Made by a program: the position numbers and the translations under genes. A model generated the notes under the pieces. That model was not told the DNA's origin. It saw nothing but the letters and a program-made list of their open reading frames with translations, and ran no database searches. A stretch of 64,000 nucleotides of DNA from Podarcis bocagei (lineage: Eukaryota), in assembly GCA_964188305.1 (NCBI GenBank), contig OZ076888.1. One strand, 5' to 3'. Shown here one piece after another: positions 11,434 to 23,318 of the stretch (within the stretch, counting starts at the first letter, position 1; each line of letters starts with the position of its first letter).

Positions 11434-11469
11434 TCAGCTTCTAGCTTTAAAATCTTCTGAGCAGGTACA

Positions 11470-11862
11470 GTTAAGGGGTGATATGATAGCCATCTTTAGC
11501 CTGGAGAAGAGGAGGTTAAGGGGTGATATGATAGCCATGTTCAAATATATAAAAGGATGTCATATAGAGGAGGGAGAAAGGTTGTTTTCTGCTGCTCCAG
11601 AGAAGCGGACACGGAGCAATGGATCCAAACTACAAGAAAGAAGATTCCACCTAAACATTAGGAAGAACTTCCTGACAGTAAGAGCTGTTCAACAGTGGAA
11701 TTTGCTGCCAAGGAGTGTGGTGGAGTCTCCTGCTTTGGAGGTCTTTAAGCAGAGGCTTGACAACCATATGTCAGGAGTGCTCTGATGGTGTTTCCTGCTT
11801 GGCAGGGGGTTGGACTCAATGGCCCTTGTGGTCTATTCCAGCTCTATGATTCTATGATTCTA
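11470..11862 (+). mobile_element. CR1 LINE 3' fragment
   Basis: LEKRRLRGDMIAMFKY...RKNFLTVRAVQQWNLLP...FKQRLD; (ATTCTATG)n tail. Confidence 0.95.
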
Positions 11863-14328
11863 CAGTTTATTCACACATCTGAACCCCGTTCGCATCTAAG
11901 TGGGAGCCTTAAATTAGTATGAAAAGAGGTGTGTGGTTGAGAGAAGCGGAACCTTTCCCCCATCTTGCTTCCTTAAGCTCTGTATAGCTCAAGCACTTTC
12001 TCCCCAGGCTGTCTCACTTCCAGTATCAGAAAAGCCCTCAGAGCCTGATATTTGCAAAGAAGATGACTAGAGATGCTTGAGGAATTACGTCTTTGCAGAT
12101 TTCTAAACAAAAGGACCTGAATCTCTTCCTGACATGCTGATTGGCACTTAGCTGTCCGTCAGATCCAACTGTCGTGATCCAGCGTTATCTGTGCAGTTTG
12201 GACATACCAAAATGCACATTTAAATATATATTTTGAGAGAAAATGAACATTTAAATATGTATTTGGTTTTGTGTGTGTGTGTGTGTTGGAAGGATTCTTC
12301 TGTACCCCAGAAATTCCGAATTTATCTAAGAATGGAATGGAATGATGGGACTAAATACACGAAAGTGTCATAGGCTAGCAGTTGACAGCTTACATTGTCA
12401 TAGCTTTGCTCCTCTCACAGGCAGAGAAGTATAGAGCAGGTTAATTCTGAACTGCTCCTACCTCAATTAAAGTTTGTCCAGGTTTCCAGCCTTACAGGGC
12501 AATTTTTTTTCTTTAAGATTTAGAAGGATTTTGAGTGGTTTTGTCTTAAAACTCTCTGCTAGAACCCTAGTGTGGAAAGTCTTTGTAGGGCAAATCTCCT
12601 CCGCACCCTTACCAAGTCCTTAACTGGTTCAGAGGTGGGGAAAAGAGACTAGGGACTCAGCTATACAGCTGCAAATAAAAAGTTTTAAATGTGTTTTAAG
12701 GAGCAATATACAAATGTGACACTAGATGGCGAAAGGGAGCTATGCAAAATTCAATGTATTTCCCCAAACGTTTTTTTTTTTAAAGCATTTTCACAGCATT
12801 TTTTATATCTGTGCCGATTCCAACTCGGAGGAAAATTCTGAGCACAGGACTCAGGCATGCGTAATATCACAAGTAGTTTAAACATTTGAGATGTGTTGGA
12901 AGTGAAAACAAGAGTTATCTGGTATTTGGCTCCTGCTAGCTGGAATCCTTGTTGAACTAGCAGAAAGAGTTTGGTGGAATGCCAGAGCTTACTATTTTTC
13001 TTTGCTTTTGGCTGCTAAGGGGTACTTAGAAAAATACCAATCAGGCCTGCAAGGTGTCTAGCAGACTCTGCAAGAGCTTCTGGGACTTTGCTAGAGGAGG
13101 CCTGAGTCAACATGACTCATCTCAACCAAGGGCTAATGTCTTTAGCGCCCTTGACAGTTAAGGGTCTCATAGCTTCTTTTTACAATGGAAAGATTGGGGA
13201 AAGTGATTGACTTACGATGAGCCAGAAAGCAAATGTTAATATTGCTTGCCCCCTCCTAAACTATATAAAAAAAACCAACACATCTCTGTAATTTGTCAGA
13301 CAATCTCACTGCTAGTCAAGTGACCCCAAAGCACAGAAATAATGGGGGGGGGGGTGTATTCCTGGGACCAACAAGAATGTTAGTCGCTTTGTATAGCTGG
13401 AATATCGCTTTCCCCAATCATTTTGAGTTTGGAGTCCATCTGCACTTGCCAAGCAAAACATTATTCTGCTGTATTCAGTCCCTCGTGCTAACATCATCCA
13501 AGGAGAATGGAACCAAAACACTGTGCAGTAGCTATCGTTTGGGAAGATAAAATCACCTTTTAATCCAGGTGGATTCAGCACATTTCCCAGATTTCAAAAT
13601 TATGGTATCAGGTACACCTCAACTTGTTTTATATTTGATGCAAAGCAGTCTGCTCCACTAAGAGCCAATGTTTAAATGTGCTCAGGTATTCAGTGTACCG
13701 TGGTTCTAATTAACTACATCATTAAGAGCTCCAGCTTGTTGCTTTCAAACAGAATATAAGTACAAAAAGGGAGAGCCTTTCTTGGTAGTCATTCTGTTCC
13801 TGTCCTGTCCTGTCCTGTCCCTACTCTGTTGGTTTTGTCTGAACTCTTAACTTTTACCCTTGTATTAAATGTTGGTGGTCTAACAGAACAGAGTCTTGTG
13901 TGTCCATTCCCCTTAGAGACTTCTCAGTAACATGCTTTCTCTAACTGCGTCCTTTTTAGTTTAGAATTTCACCCTTCATCCTGTTTGCCATTTATGAAAA
14001 AGGGTTTCTCACATATCCATGTGCTGTTAAAGATGCCGTGTTCTGCACCGACACATAAATGGGGGGGAGGGTAGCTGAGGCGGGAGGGGTCGCAACCGAA
14101 ATTGCAACCCAAAGTCACAATTTTGCTTTTCAGCAATTGAATGTTCTGAGCGGATTGCCCTGGAAATTTAAGCAGGACTTAACAGGCTTTATTCACATGT
14201 TATATTTAGTGAAAAGGAAAGTCACGTGTCTCCATATGTCGCCCCGCTGTTGCTGACCATGTCATCTGCATTTCAGCTGAGGGGAAATTTTATTTCACCA
14301 GCTCTCCTCCTTCATTTGCTTGTCAATA

Positions 14329-14563
14329 CAGTGGTACCTCGGGTTAAGTACTTAATTCGTTCCGGAGGTCCGTACTTAACCTGAAACTGTTCTTAACCTG
14401 AAGCACCACTTTAGCTAATGGGGCCTCCCGCTGCTGCCGCACCGCCGGAGCACGATTTCTGTCTGAAGCAAAGATCTTAACCTGAGGTAATATTTCTAGG
14501 TTAGCAGAGCCTGTAACCTGAAGCGTATGTAACCTGAAGCATATGTAACCCGAGGTACCACTG
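14329..14563. mobile_element. Tigger/pogo-like MITE
   Basis: TIR cagtggtacctcgggtta / taacccgaggtaccactg, TA flanks. Confidence 0.9.
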
Positions 14564-14901
14564 TAATGGCATTATCTGTCCTGGTTCAGAAATGACCCAT
14601 CTTCCTTCCCGGACACCTTTGACACTCTGTATTGAAACAGAGTTTCGCCAGTGACATTAGTTCAATTCTATGCCTGTCTACTGAGATGCAAGCGCCATTG
14701 AATTCAATGGTACTTACTCCCAAGGAGCTGTGTATGACCGCAGCTTACGTTGCCAAGTAATGGGGTGTAGGCTGCCAACTGAATGCCTCATAAGCCACGG
14801 TGGGGGGGACGCAGAACACCGCATCTTTAACGGCCCTTTCCTATTCTCTGCATAATGTTGTCGTTCTCTTTCTTCCATTCCCGTATCACCAACTCCTTTA
14901 G

Positions 14902-14985
14902 ACTCGGGATATAAGCCCAGAAGAGATAGATTTAAAGAATGAGCCTTGGTATAAATTCTTTTCGGAATTGGAGTTTGGGAAACCG
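14902..14985 (+). CDS. SORBS1: SORBS1 cassette exon, 84 nt: TRDISPEEIDLKNEPWYKFFSELEFGKP
   Basis: ctcctttag acceptor, CCG|gtaagt donor, phase 0-0. Confidence 0.95.
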
Positions 14986-16407
14986 GTAAGTTTTGATGGT
15001 CACAGCCATTAAAAAAAAACCAACCCAGCCTGCCTTACAAAACGCACATGCAACACTCCCGCCTCCATTCTGATTATAGTTATGACCAAAAAAAAATGCA
15101 ACCTTGTTTTTTTTAAAAACAAAAAAAGCAGAAAGAATTTCTGTTTGTGCATCAAGCCACAGATGTACAGACTCTTGATGATATCTGGAATTCACTAAAC
15201 CTGTGTCATATGCCGAAGTTTAGCATGCCACTGCAATTCATGAGAAATGCTATTTCCTTTATTTTCCAGTGGGTGCTTCCCATTCCCCTAGCAACAGCGA
15301 GGACGGCCATTTTCTTTCTTGCTAAATAACTTCAAACCAGGATGCCCTCATCAACTCTTGCCAACTCTTTCCTGAAATCTTTGGCCAGCAGGATGAATCC
15401 TGTACAATACACATAGCTTGTCCCTCCCTCCTTGTGCGCCGCTGCTTTTCTCCCAGCCACAGTGCTCCGAGGAAGCTGCAGTTGCGGCAAAGATCCCAGA
15501 AATGTCCTGATGGACAGACCCATTGTGTTAATCTTTCCCACATTATTCAAAGTGGGTTTCAGATGCAAGAGTGTCATATCAGAATGCTGTAACACATGGC
15601 GCCTTCCACAAACAACCGAATTGAGAATTTGATTCCATTGTCGTGTTGCATTTATGCACACTGCCTAGCATATTGTAGCTGCTTTACCAATATTAAATTA
15701 CTGTGGTGGTTTCATGTTTGTGTTCATATTTTTGAGAGGCAACCAGGTGGAAGAATTCTGCTGGGACGGATTATTCACCCAATTCACACAGATAGTCCTG
15801 CATGCAGAAATTGAAAGTTTTTGATGGTTATTCCATTCTTACGTAACTTTAGAATATTTCTGGTTGGGCACAGTTTTCATGGGAAGACTTCTGAAACAAA
15901 TCACAATCCACCCAAGTTTTGCTCTTGAAATAATTTTTATTAAGATTTCCACACCTTACAAATGGTCATGAAATGCAGAATTAATTTTTTAAAAAACCTA
16001 TCATAACAACTAAATTTGGGGCACATGTTTTGCATATTAACATGATAAATTAGGAAGGCGGCTCCCTCCCATTAGTGTCAGTTAAGCCCTAAACTCATAC
16101 CAGAAGCTTAGGAATGAGGGTTCTTTGGCATCAAGTCTGCCTAGAAAATCCCCCTTGAGTTTTTCCTCTCACACATTGTATAAATGGGTCCCATTGATCA
16201 GAAAAATTGTCCCTGGGTTAACTTCTCTGCCAGAGCAAGAGCCCATACCTTTGACCATGAAGGGTGTTAAGCATTGCAAACTATTCCCACCTGAGCCTAT
16301 TCCTCCAGTTTTGTAAGAAGTGGAACAGATCTAGGTTTCCTTTTGCACGTTATGGGGATTCAAGAAAGCCAGGTGATCAAAACCACCACCACCCCTCCAG
16401 CAAATCA

Positions 16408-17076
16408 CTGTATTTTTCGCTCTACAGGACACACCCGGCCATAGGACGCACCTTGTTTTAGAGGGGGAGAACAAGGGGGAAAAATTTCTCCCCCTCTCTG
16501 CTCAGCACCCCTTCAGCGAAGCGGCAGGAGAAACGGAGCCCCTTCCATTTCTCCTCCCACTTGGCTGAAGGGGCACTGCACAGAGAGAGGGGGAATTTTT
16601 TCCCATTCTCCCCCTCTAAAACAAGGTGCATTCTGTGTGCTCAAGGTGTGTTCACCCGAAGCCTCCGGAGTCGCTGCGCACTGACCCCTCTCACTCTCCA
16701 GGCTTCCTTTTGCTGAACCAGAAGCCTGCGGAGCGCAGCGGGAACTTGCGCTGCGCTCCGAAGGCTTCAGGGTTGGCCACCTGAAGCCTCCAGAATGCAG
16801 TGGGAACTTGCGTTGCACTCTGGAGGCTTCAGGCGGCTACCTTGGAAGCCTGGAGAGTGAGAGGGGTCGGTGCGCACCGATCCCTCTCGCTCTCCAGGCT
16901 TCAGCGAAAGGAACGTGAAGCCTCCGGAGCACAGAGGGAGCACTCCCCCTGTGCTTCGGAGGCTTCGCGTTCCTTTCGCTGAAGCCAAGGATCCTGCATT
17001 CGCTCCATAGGATGCACACACATTTCCCCTTCATTTTTGGAGGGGGAAAAGTGGTCCTATAGAGCGAAAAATACGG
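16408..17076. mobile_element. Tc1/mariner (Tc2-like) MITE, long variant
   Basis: TIR c(c/t)gtatttttcgctcta / tagagcgaaaaatacgg. Confidence 0.88.
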
Positions 17077-18239
17077 TATAAATTGGGGTGAAACAGGAGC
17101 AGAAATTGCCAACGTTCTCTTATTAATTCCATGTATGGAATGGAAAACAACCAACACAATACAATTGGTATACATTGTTGTTGTTTCTGTCAATTTACAA
17201 ATGATAGAGAATTGATTCTGTTTCCCCCTCGATTGCATTGTTTCCTCTGTATTTAAATTGAATAGAGTGGAACAATGCGATGACAACATAATTTATGTAA
17301 TCAATTAAGATGCGTAATTTCGCCACAGCGGACAGCGATTACAAATAGCATTGTTTTTGGCGGTTGGTGAACTGGAGCAAAGAGAAGCAGCAATGAATAC
17401 AGGGTGGAATGGAAATCTGGGCTCCTTACATCCCTGGTTGTAAGAGCCATGAAATTTGTGGCCTTTAGGACTGTGAAAATGCACTCTGCAGCGTTCAAAG
17501 TGCATTCCCAGCTAGCGATCAGATTCCGTCGAAACATTCATTTGGTTTTCTTCTTTTTTCACTTTTACAAAAGTGCAAAATGCTATCAGCAAAGTGAAGT
17601 TCTGCCAATTCCCCTTTGCTTACCCCCACAGTGCTAAGGAAAGCTCCACTGTTGAAATTCTCACTTTAAGATCCCTATTAAAGGCATGGGAATCCTCTTA
17701 AATAGGAAATCTGGATACCCAGCTAGGGATTAGAAGGGCAGATTATTCCATTAGAGACAGCCATTTTAATAGGCCTACATTGAATTTATAACAGGGTCCT
17801 TTTTTTCATCGTAAAATCTGCCAATATGGGCAGGAAGGAGGTGAAGTTTTAGCTGAAAGAGCAGAGAAAGAAGTGTCTTGCTGCAAAATTGTAAAAAAAA
17901 AGCAAAACCCCAACCCTTTGTCTGTGAAACATTTGCCAAGATGAGTTTGAAGTTGTTTCCTTGTTCCTCACTCAGCACAGACAGGCATGAACTGCGTAGA
18001 TATATATATAAACTGTGCTTCTTCACATTTCCCCAGCAATAACTCCAGCCATAGTGATGGCTTGTTTTTTTAATGTGTGATGCCCTCAGGTTAAATACTT
18101 CAGTACTCTCCAGTACTGAATACTATGCTCCCCCAAATAAGCTGGAACTGAAAACCATTAGGAAACGTCATTTCTTACTGAAAGCTTTATTTTGGCACGT
18201 GTTTCATTTGAGCATATGGAAGAACCAGTTTGGATAGGG

Positions 18240-18375
18240 CAGGCATGGCCAGACTTGGCCCTCCAAATGTTTTGAGACTACAGTTCCCATCATCCCTGAC
18301 CACTGGTCCTGTTAGCTAGGGATGATGGGAGTTGCAGTCCCAAAACATATGGAGGGCCAAGTTTGGCCATGCCTG
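18240..18375. mobile_element. palindromic hAT MITE
   Basis: TIR caggcatggcca; perfect TSD ggataggg. Confidence 0.93.
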
Positions 18376-18645
18376 GGATAGGGAGAGAAACCTCTATCGG
18401 AACACCCTGAGGACCCCTTTTAAAGGTGACTCACGCCATTTTTCATTGGTCTCCAACTGTGAGCTTGGGGACAACATAGCTTTTTTCAAGCCCACAGTCA
18501 AATCTGGACAACTGTGGCCTATGGTACATTGGTGTGTGTTTTAGTCCCCTGTTGGACTGAAGCTAAGTTCAATGGGACAATGGCCCCTGGTGGGACAGCC
18601 AATCTCATCTCTCCTCTCCTTGCTATATACTGGGAAAGTTTATGG

Positions 18646-18781
18646 CAGGCTTCCTCAACCTCAGCCCTCCAGATGTTTTGAGACTACAATTCCCATCATC
18701 CCTGACCTTTGGTCCTGCTAGCTAGGGATCATGGGAGTTGTAGGCCAAAAACATCTGGAGGGCCGAGGTTGAGGAAGCCTG
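18646..18781. mobile_element. palindromic hAT MITE
   Basis: TIR caggcttcctcaacctc; perfect TSD gtttatgg. Confidence 0.93.
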
Positions 18782-19501
18782 GTTTATGGCCTTCTTGTGT
18801 CTATGAACATAGGCCATCACATTAGGACTATTATTCCCTTCATCGTTTGAGGGACTGCCCTGTTCTGATTTGATCTCCCTTTCTGCACCACGCATTTCCT
18901 TCAACTACAATCTCTACAGATATACTCTGTGTTCTCAACATTAGTGCCTGAGCCATGGGTGGTTCAAATAGCCTATGAAGTGCTAATAATGGTGCCCAGG
19001 ATGGGCTCTTACTGCCCATGTTTTATCAGTTTCTCCTGCTGCCTCAATTTCCGCTTTCACTAGCTCCAACTGGAATGGCTTTGGTGCAGACAACTCTGGC
19101 CTTGTCACCTGGGCCTATGATGGATTCCCATGACCCTTCTTTTATCCCTGCCCTCCCAGGTGTGTTGGTCCCAGTGGTACCTACTTCCCCCAATGTTTTG
19201 ACTCATGGGCTTCAACTGGCCTGTTGACCAACATTTCTGTAGTTATCTCCACAACTCTGGTCTTGGTTTTGATGGAAGCTTCTATTTCCTCTATGAAAGG
19301 TTTGCACATGGGCTCAAGGCAGAACAGCTCAAACTTGTTGCTGTGAATCCTGGTTTTTACTTGATTTAGATGGATACTGCTGTTCTGGTCACGCCACCCA
19401 TGCTTCTGGTATATTAGAAACCACCAAATTGGAAATCTCCTTGGGAGGGATGGAATGGCATGGTGTATCATTCCTCACCAACATTTAATACAGAAAAAGT
19501 A

Positions 19502-20088
19502 CCGTATTTTTCGCTCCATAAGACGCACCTGACCATACGACGCACCGAGTTTTAGAGGAGGAGAACAAGGGGGGGGGAATTTCTCTCCCTCTCTGCACAG
19601 CGCCTCTCCAGCAAAGTGGGAGGAGAAATGGAAGGGGCTCCATTTCTCCTGCCGCTTCGCTGAAGGGGCACTGCACAGCTTTCCCTCTCTGCGCAGCGTC
19701 CCTTCAGCAAAGTGGCAGGATAAGCGGAGCCCCTTCCATTTCTCCTCCCGCTTCGCTGAAGATGCACTGCGCAGAGAGGGAAAGCTGTGCAGCGGCTCTC
19801 CAGCGAAGTGAAGCTAGGAGAGCAAGAGGGATTGATCCTTCTTGCTCTCCTGGCTTCAGCAAAAGCAACGCAAAGCCTCCAGAGCACAGCAGGAGCGCTT
19901 CCGCTGCGCTCAGGAGGCTTCGGGCAGCTATCCCTGAAGCCAGGAGAGCAAGAGGGATCGGTGCGCACGTCTTGGTCTCCTGGCTTCAGTGAAAGCTGCG
20001 CAGCCTGCATTCGCTCCATAAGACGCACAGACATTTCCCCTTACTTTTTAGGAGGGGAAAAGTGCGTCTTATAGAGTGAAAAATACGG
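19502..20088. mobile_element. Tc2-like MITE, long variant
   Basis: ccgtatttttc TIRs, TA TSD. Confidence 0.9.
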
Positions 20089-21349
20089 TATATGGCTGCC
20101 ATCATGTAGCAATACAGCAACCATTTTTTAATTTCTAAAATGGCTGCCCCATTGCTGTATGGGAGCAGCCATATTGTTTTGGGTTTTTTTCCTGTACTAA
20201 GTGCCAGGGAGAAACAGCACATCATGGCATACACCTGTGAGATTGGCAGAGCTGCCGGTTTTCACAGCTTCGAGCTGTGGGTGGGTGCGGGGAGTTTTAA
20301 AAGTAAAATGAAAAATGGTAAAAGGCAGGCATCAGATCATCCTTTCAGATTCATCGTCGGGGTTCAGATTCTGGAGTGGGCCGCATTCTGAAATGCAGAA
20401 ACAAGTGGGTGGCTTCAGAAAAAGGCAGTTGACTCTATAGTGTAGACCTCCTAAATTTCTCCCCCAAGCCTAGTTTCTTCAGTGTACGTTGGGTTTGTTT
20501 TTCCTTTGTCTGCCATTCAGCGAATTCTTGTTGCTGGATGGCTGATAAACTGAACAAAAGGTTATAGAAGTGAATCTCCATTCCTAGTTTCATAAGACAA
20601 GGCAGCCTTGCTTCTCACCAGCATATTTTTCATTCTGCTACACCAGAAGCAGAAGCCGCTGATTTTGATTCCTATCAGTACAAGTTTCTGTTCCTTGGGC
20701 TCTGTGTAGCAGCTCCCAAACCCAGATCTGTTGGGACCCGGGACCTGGTTTCCAAACCTGGGCCCTTAATTCACTTCTTTGACTAAATTCTTAATTCCAC
20801 CTTCTGTTCCTTGCGAAAGATCAACAAGTAGCTCAAACGGTGACATGAATAACTCTGCATTTTCATTGCCCCACACTGCCACCTCTGGGATTTCAGCCAT
20901 TTGTTAACATGGTATGTATTTGAAGTCTGGGAAAGGGGCTGGGGATCTGTATTTAAAAGAAAAAAGAAACGGCAACCCCACAATTTGCTCTGTTTGAAAA
21001 TCTTGGTTATACCCCTTCTTTTTTCAGGGGGGAAAGAATGTGCAGTTATTATTTTTTATTATTCTGGTTTGGTTTCTTTAGCAAACTGTATTGGAAGTGC
21101 TTTCAAGCAAATTTCTAAAGCGAGCCCTGCAACACAATGCATGCTTCCTCTGTCCCCCTCCCATAATCTCCTGTGTTTGTGGTTTAACAGGTTGAGACCC
21201 TGTTTCTTTCCTTCCCCTCTTCAATTTTATTTCCAGTGTTGATGCAATTTCCCCCCAATGTACTCCCTCTGTTCTAATCCAGTTTCCATGTTCTTTGTGA
21301 AGTCTTTCCTTACCTTCATTTCCTCATTTCCTCCTCTGCTTTCCATCAG

Positions 21350-21415
21350 CCTCCAAAAAAGATTTGGGATTATACTCCGGGAGATTGCTCTATCCTTACT
21401 AGAGAGGATAGAAAG
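21350..21415 (+). CDS. SORBS1: SORBS1 cassette exon, 66 nt: PPKKIWDYTPGDCSILTREDRK
   Basis: long pyrimidine tract + cag, AAG|gtaatt donor, phase 0-0. Confidence 0.95.
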
Positions 21416-21907
21416 GTAATTCAAACATACGTTGTACTATAGTATGGTTTCTGTGTGTTTGTGTAGCTTCAAGCTTTCAGTCTCTAGCAATGTTTGGATT
21501 TTACGTGAGTGCAAGTGGTGGTTTGGATTTAATTGATTTTGGATTCCTTATGCCTTGTTGCAGGCTGAAAAGAAGCCTTAAAGCGTTCCTTTTAACCCTC
21601 GTTGGATCACAGCAGCCTCCTTGCTCTTGTGATCTGTAGCGATAATTGTACTAACAAGTGTTTTGTGCGGTACGAATGAATTTTTTACAGTGGTTTAAAA
21701 AGAAATATTTACAAGAAACACTACTAGATCATGACAAATTCAGGTGGGAATCTAAGCCAGCTGTGCTTTTGAGTATGGAAAAATATTTGACTTTCGTCTT
21801 GTCTATCTTTGTCACTTTAAAACAAAAGGCCCTGTTTTTTCAGAATTAGCTTTTGTTTTGCCTCCCCTTATGTGTTGTTTCTTCCTTCTTCTTCCTTCTT
21901 TAACCAG

Positions 21908-22003
21908 ACTGACCCAGAAAAAGACATCTACCTCTATCAGACTGAGTTAGAGGCAGATATAGAAAAAATGGAGAAAATGTATAAAGATAAGAAGCAGATG
22001 AAG
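21908..22003 (+). CDS. SORBS1: SORBS1 cassette exon, 96 nt: TDPEKDIYLYQTELEADIEKMEKMYKDKKQMK
   Basis: ttctttaaccag acceptor, AAG|gtattt donor; resembles human QTELEADLEKME. Confidence 0.9.
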
Positions 22004-22504
22004 GTATTTCTTCTTCATTCCACGCTGCTTGCTAATCCCTGTTCCTAAACCCTCTGCTCTAATCGGGTTGCGGCTGGATAATTAGCAAACAATGTTGCTG
22101 CAAATGGTATTGCACAGAGGCTGCATTCAGATGTAACACTAAACCATGGTTTACAGTTACAGGAAGGAGTTTGGGCAAGCTTTGAGCTTGTGTATGCTCC
22201 CCTCTATGGTGCAGCCGTGAGGTGATCGAAATCTTTCTGTTTCCATTTCCAGTCAGCCACACACAGTTTAGCATTACGTCCAAACCTTAAACTGTGATCA
22301 ATAAAATATGGTGTACAGTAAACCCGCAACTTACGTTCCGGGGATCGTGCCAAAAGCCAAAATTGCGTACAGTCAAAACCCACTTGGTTCAATGATGTGT
22401 GGGCCTGCCAATGTTATTTTTACCCCTTTTAATTTTTGTGTGTGTAATTTTTGTGTGTCGAGGTCCCCAAGAGGTCCCCAAAGAAAAACACAATTGACAA
22501 TTTT

Positions 22505-23237
22505 TGTTTAAGGTTTTTGGCATAATTTTGGCCACAACTTTATTCAAATTACAGCAATGTGAGTGGTTGCTTAGGCATTGGTAGCACTAACTGACCCCGC
22601 ACGAGGACAGCTCTGACATTCACACACCCCGTGAAGTCAGCAAGGGTAAGTCACCTGGGGAGAGAGACGGGACTGGGAACCATGCCTCACCTCTCCCCAG
22701 AATTCTCCCAGGGGCTTGCGTGGCCCTAGCCCCTTGCCAGGGGGTTTCGGACAAAAGCATGGGGAGCCCCTGGGTTCCTTTAACGGAAAACCCTTGAAGC
22801 AGCAGCAGGATTTTGGAGGGGCAGGCACAGCCAAATCCATACCCCTCCACTAACCAATTCCAAGACCAATGCCTAACCGCAAACCTTACAAGTTGTGACG
22901 ATTTGCTACGCAGTAGGCAAAAACCAAATGGCACCAGCCAATCAGCCAAATGGACAAAATTCCTACCGGGCCCCTGCCCCAAAGCAGACGACCCCATGAC
23001 AGGCATAGCAAGGTCAAGGAAACAGCCTAAAATTAGGGAAGGGAGGGCGGGTGATCCGAAGTAAGCAGCGAAAAGAGGAAGTTCGTTGCTGCGTGCTTTG
23101 TATTTAACAAATAGGGCTGTCAATCAACAAATGGCAATATCTAGATTACCCCAGTAACAGCCCGCCCCTGCTTAAAGGATGGCCAAACCATTTGCCTAGC
23201 AACAGTGAGGTGTCTCGTCAGCCCCAACCGCAACACA
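22505..23237 (-). mobile_element. LTR-like or DIRS/Ngaro-like terminal repeat relic
   Basis: minus strand starts tgtgttgcgg, has a GC box, an AT-rich TATA-like element and aataaagttgtggcc near its end; family assignment tentative. Confidence 0.4.
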
Positions 23238-23318
23238 TGCTCTCCACGAGGGAGAACACGCTTTGTGGGCTTACTGTGTTGGGGGAAAAGGTATCTCAAA
23301 AGCAGTCAGAGCACTTTA

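Noticed and set aside
13900-13935. Possible microexon cccttag|agacttctca|gtaaca
   Set aside because: 10 nt, frame-breaking, weak donor, no homology.
15930-17300. Possible old antisense L1 fragment around the 16408 MITE
   Set aside because: Only faint residue-level resemblance; boundaries cannot be supported.
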